Below are positions 59,971 to 64,000 of a DNA stretch of 64,000 nucleotides, piece by piece (the first letter of the stretch is position 1; each line of letters starts with the position of its first letter). This stretch comes from Amoebidium appalachense. Lineage: Eukaryota; Protista; Ichthyosporea. Position numbers and translations under genes: made by a program. Under the pieces are notes generated by a model. The model saw only the letters and a program-made list of their open reading frames with translations. It had not been told where the DNA came from and did no database searches. The stretch is from assembly GCA_963693365.1 (NCBI GenBank), contig CAVNZM010000021.1:40867-104866 (forward strand). Reading direction: 5' to 3'.

Positions 59971-60290
59971 TGTGTATAACATATATCACCAGACACACGT
60001 GTATACACACACAGTCACACACACTGCACTGCACAGTTGGTTTTATGCCTGTATGCCTCATATTTGACAATGCATCCCTAGGCCACACACCCTGCATAAC
60101 GGTGTATGGTATATGTACACACACAGTACTACACAGCTGTTTTCGTGCCTGTATGTCTCAGATTTGACAATGCATCCCTCGGCCTTAACTGCCCCATCCA
60201 GTTCTATTGGTGGATTCAGACCTGCTGCTATGCCTACATTCCGGAATTTTCAATCTTTTACAAGTGTAAATTCCAGCACGTGCACTCAGC

Positions 60291-61550
60291 CTATGCTGCT
60301 GGCATAGAACCACCCGCCTGCACGTGTTTTAGGGTTCGTACCGGCCCTGTATGTTTGAAGCCACCGTTTTTGCGGTGCACTACATGACTAGTTAACGGCA
60401 AAGCAAGCATACTATAATCCTTAATATAACGACGAAGATAATTAGTTAAACCTAAAAATTGCCTTAGTTGAGTGACAGTCTGAGGACGTGGCCACTCAAC
60501 TATGGCCCGGATTTTCTCCGGATCAGGGGAAAGACCATTACTAGTAACAATATGGCCTAAAAACTTAATCTCCGGCACACCAATCACAGTCTTGCTACCG
60601 CTAATACGAAGACCAGACTCACCCAAAGCTAAAAATACTTTTTCACAATTATTAACTAACTCCTCAAACGACCTACCTTTAATTAAAACATCATCCAAAT
60701 AAGGGTGGCATACATCCAAATGAGGGTGGAGAATTTTATACATTACCCGGCACAACATGTACATAGCTGGAGAGGAGAGTAAACCCATCGGCACCACCTT
60801 GTACTGGAACAGCTGGTCACCCAGTGCGAAGGCAGTCTTCTCCTTGCTGCTCTCCTCCAACCTTATCTGCCAAAAAGCTGCTTTTAAATCAATTTTAGCA
60901 AAGTGAGTATAGCCGTGCAGCTGTGAAAGCTGCTCGTCTATGTTAGGGAGAGGCCATTGGTCTGCCTTAGTGACCCGATTCAGAGCCCTGTAATCGTTCA
61001 CTAGACGCCAAGACCCGTCGGGCTTCTTAACCAATAGCACCGAACTTCTCCACGGACTCGAACTATACTCCACATGACCCTTTTTTAACATATCACTCAC
61101 TATTATTAGCGCATCCGACAATTTATACTGCTCCATTCTATAGCTAGGCATCACTACCGGCCTATTATCACCTGTGTCGATCTGCATTCCAAACCCTTTA
61201 ACGAAGCCTACCTCGTTATCATCGGCCAGAAATGCAAACCGAGTCCTATCAAATAACTTAGCTAATAAGTTTTTCTGCTCCCCCGTCCAATCCCCCTCCT
61301 TCATACCAAACGGCAATACTAACTTAGGGTTACCCCCATCACAAGTGGATGCATCCTTATTCACCGGAGTGCCACTTAACATTTCACCTCCTGTATTACA
61401 TCGGTGCTGCACGGGGTGAGTTTGAGGTACCTCCGGATATAGGCGGTCACCATTAGCACCCCCCCTCCCCCTGGCACACCAATGCCCCCGGGCAATTCCT
61501 GAGTTAGTGCATGTATGTGGGGGGCCAGGTCTGTGGCCACCCTGCCCCAC
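60291..61550 (-). pseudogene. Gypsy reverse transcriptase fragment
   Basis: RT motifs as listed for the element; homology ends near LALPLT (~60390). Confidence 0.85.
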
Positions 61551-63460
61551 ACGGTGTTGGTTAACCCGTCAGATCCACGGGTTAGACCAACACCCTCCCC
61601 CCCTGCCTGCACATTCTCTCACCCGGGGTGACCCTCCTTCCTCTTGGGGGTCAGGGGAGTGGGACCGGTGCTGTCCCGGTCCCCCCCCCATCGTGTCGGA
61701 TGACATTTTGGTGGCTAACGTTAAATAAAGTTGTTCCCCCTCCTCCTGAGTCACCCTTCGAGCCAGCATCCTTCTTTTGGGTAATAAGAGAGACCTCTAT
61801 ACTACCAATCTCATTAGTGAAACTACCGACGGAAACACCTGACCTAATCACTATGGGCTCGATGCCCGGATTCACTAATTCTATTTCTATCGTCTTATCC
61901 GGCCATACCCTACTAAGGGTCCATTGAGCCACCTCCTGAAATGGGGTTTTCGGAGTGTTTAACCCCTAAATCCCCTATCCTAACATGATTGCGCCCGGAC
62001 ACGTACCGTTTGGCACTGATAAGGCTCGATTACTACTTCAGCTACCGTCGTTCTAGCACCTGATTGATAACCGTCAAGCCCATCATGGGTTTTAATTTTA
62101 ACGCCGGACTGTAATTCTAAAACATTCGTACGTTCAAACAAAGCATTCACATGTCTACGGAAAAATGGGGCTCCCAACAAAACAATTTGAGCTAAATCCT
62201 TAACCACATAACAAGCAATATGCATAGCCTGGCCACCTATCTCACACGGCAACACACAAACACCTTCAACCGACATACTACTATTATTAGCACTACCTAA
62301 GGCCGTGCTAGAAGCAGCTAAAATAGGAATTTCCCCCCGGCCTGATTAAAACGACGAATAAACGAAGCATGCACACAATTAACCTGAGCCCCTCCATCGA
62401 GCAAAGCAACAGCCTTCAACTTACCATCAGCTAACCATACGTCTATATACTGCCGGCTAAAACCAACTAAATCCTCCTCCAATTCGAGCAACACATCATC
62501 ACTCACACCCAGATCCTGCCCACGAAGACTCACACCCTCGATACCTACGTGCAACATACCTACCTGTGGTGCCTGCACGGGTGGGGTGGGGTGTGTATGT
62601 GATGTGGGTGGTGGTGAAGTGTGTGTGTGTGTTGTGTGGGTGGGTGGTGTGTGTATGTTTGGTGTATGTGTGGGTGTGTGTGTGGGTGTAGGTGTGTCTG
62701 CAACCGTCGTATGTTGTGGTGGTGGTGTGTTTCTACGTGTCTGTGCCTTCCCCCCCCTTTTCCCCTTTACTCGTGTGTGTCCCCCCCCCTCCCGGGAACA
62801 ATGGCACAGAAACCCCCTCCGGTGTGGTTAGAACAAACACCGGGTTGGGACAAGAAACACTGAGACCATCCACTTGTGGCTGGGGAACCTCCCCCAACCA
62901 CAAAACATTCACACCATTCATACCTTTGGTAGAATCACCCCACAAACATTCATGCCATACCACCTCGACGCTGTCTTGAGGACCCACGACGATGCCCCTT
63001 GTCGAACTGCTGCTGTTGTCCACTACGTCCACCACGCCCACGACCGCTGGTGTTTGAGTGTAAACTAAAAGCTGCTGTGTTTCTGACGTCTAGTGTGTGA
63101 ACCTGTGGTATCTATGTGTACAGGGAGCTATCCTCCGCCGCCAACGCGTAGAACATATCTACGTTGAACTTAGCCATGGTGTTGTGTGTGCCCTACTCGT
63201 GTGGTTGTTTTTGTGATTTTTTTTGTTTTAGTTTTTTTGTTGTGTTTCTGAGGTGTAGCAACAGCCCAGAAGGAACCGTCAACGCGTTTACCTAGCGCGA
63301 AAAACCGCACTAAAAGAAAAGGTGTAGCTTGTCGTATCCTAACGTGTATGTATTAGAGACGCGGCACTCTACTAAGTGTACACACACGGAAAGGAACGAA
63401 CGTGTACTGAAAAACGGTAAAGTTTATTAAGACCAGCCTGAGGCTCCGGCGGGCAATTTG
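60385..63460 (-). mobile_element. Degenerate, 3'-truncated Ty3/gypsy retrotransposon (possible 5' LTR further right)
   Basis: Protease ALLDGGAQVNCV..VLLGAPF; RT SSPWRS.VLLVKKPDGSWRLVNDYRALN, DLKAAFWQI, PMGL, YLDD, FLGH, LRQFLGLTNY; frameshifts; stops before RNase H and integrase. Confidence 0.88.
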
Positions 63461-64000
63461 AAACTTAGGTCCGAACGGAATGAGGCTAAGTCACAACTCA
63501 GGCCATCAAGGCCGTGCCCTACAAGATCATCATCACCTGGCCCCCCTACGATGCCACATTCCGTACATTCCGATCTAACTTTATCGTGCGCCTGCACGAG
63601 CTAAGTCGATCGGCTCACACTAATATATTTATCCAAGTCTCACCCCCTCTCCCTTCCCCTAGTGGCACCGCAGAGTCTAATTCTACATTTCATACTATCC
63701 CCTCCCCCCCCTCCCTCCCCCCTTTCCTCTACATCGAAATATATAAATACGTTTGGCAGCATATACTATCAAAACTTGCCAATATTTACAAAGGGCTTCT
63801 GCCCGAACTTATCACATTCCAAAGCCCTCCTATGATCTATCCTACACACTAATTAGAATTCTATTGGTTGGCTGCCCCGGCCGACGTGGTCCTGCCCTGC
63901 GCCGGCAGAGGCAAGATGCACGCAGCTGTACAGCTATCTTGAGGCCCCGGACTTGATCTTGATGATCTGTGGACCCGGGCCACCCCCCCCCCCCCCCCCG

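Noticed and set aside
58197-60167. 656-aa ORF and antisense ER-rich ORFs
   Set aside because: Beyond ~58878 they are translations of CT-rich repeats.
63460-64000. 5' LTR and PBS of the gypsy element
   Set aside because: No partner LTR lies in the window and there is no canonical TGG PBS, so boundaries cannot be fixed.

Overview
Eukaryotic genomic DNA in two parts. Bases 1 to about 27,100 (possibly to about 38,800) form a dense, intron-less block resembling an endogenous large DNA virus. It encodes a DUF559 nuclease, a Bro-like DNA-binding protein, BTB and DUF5760-like proteins, a YqaJ exonuclease, a trypsin-like protease, an AAA ATPase, three lectin/DM9 paralogs beside a fibre-like coiled coil, a class III aminotransferase, Fic, patatin, a D5/SF3-type helicase and two PD-(D/E)xK nucleases. 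No capsid, packaging ATPase or polymerase gene is visible in the window. The rest is repeat-rich chromosome: a young full-length Ty1/copia element (30503-36891, 710-bp LTRs, CTGCT target duplication), a 7-exon KDM4-like JmjN/JmjC demethylase gene whose introns are largely filled with repeats, a truncated Ngaro/DIRS-type retroelement, inverted satellite arrays, a foldback-like inverted repeat and a degenerate gypsy element. The most novel-looking signal is at 21.5-25.2 kb. There the helicase and both nucleases share a homologous C-terminal (probable winged-helix) domain, and each gene is followed by a palindromic array of ~9-bp iteron-like repeats. All family calls come from motif recognition by eye; no searches were run. 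Several frameshifts lie in homopolymers and may be assembly errors.
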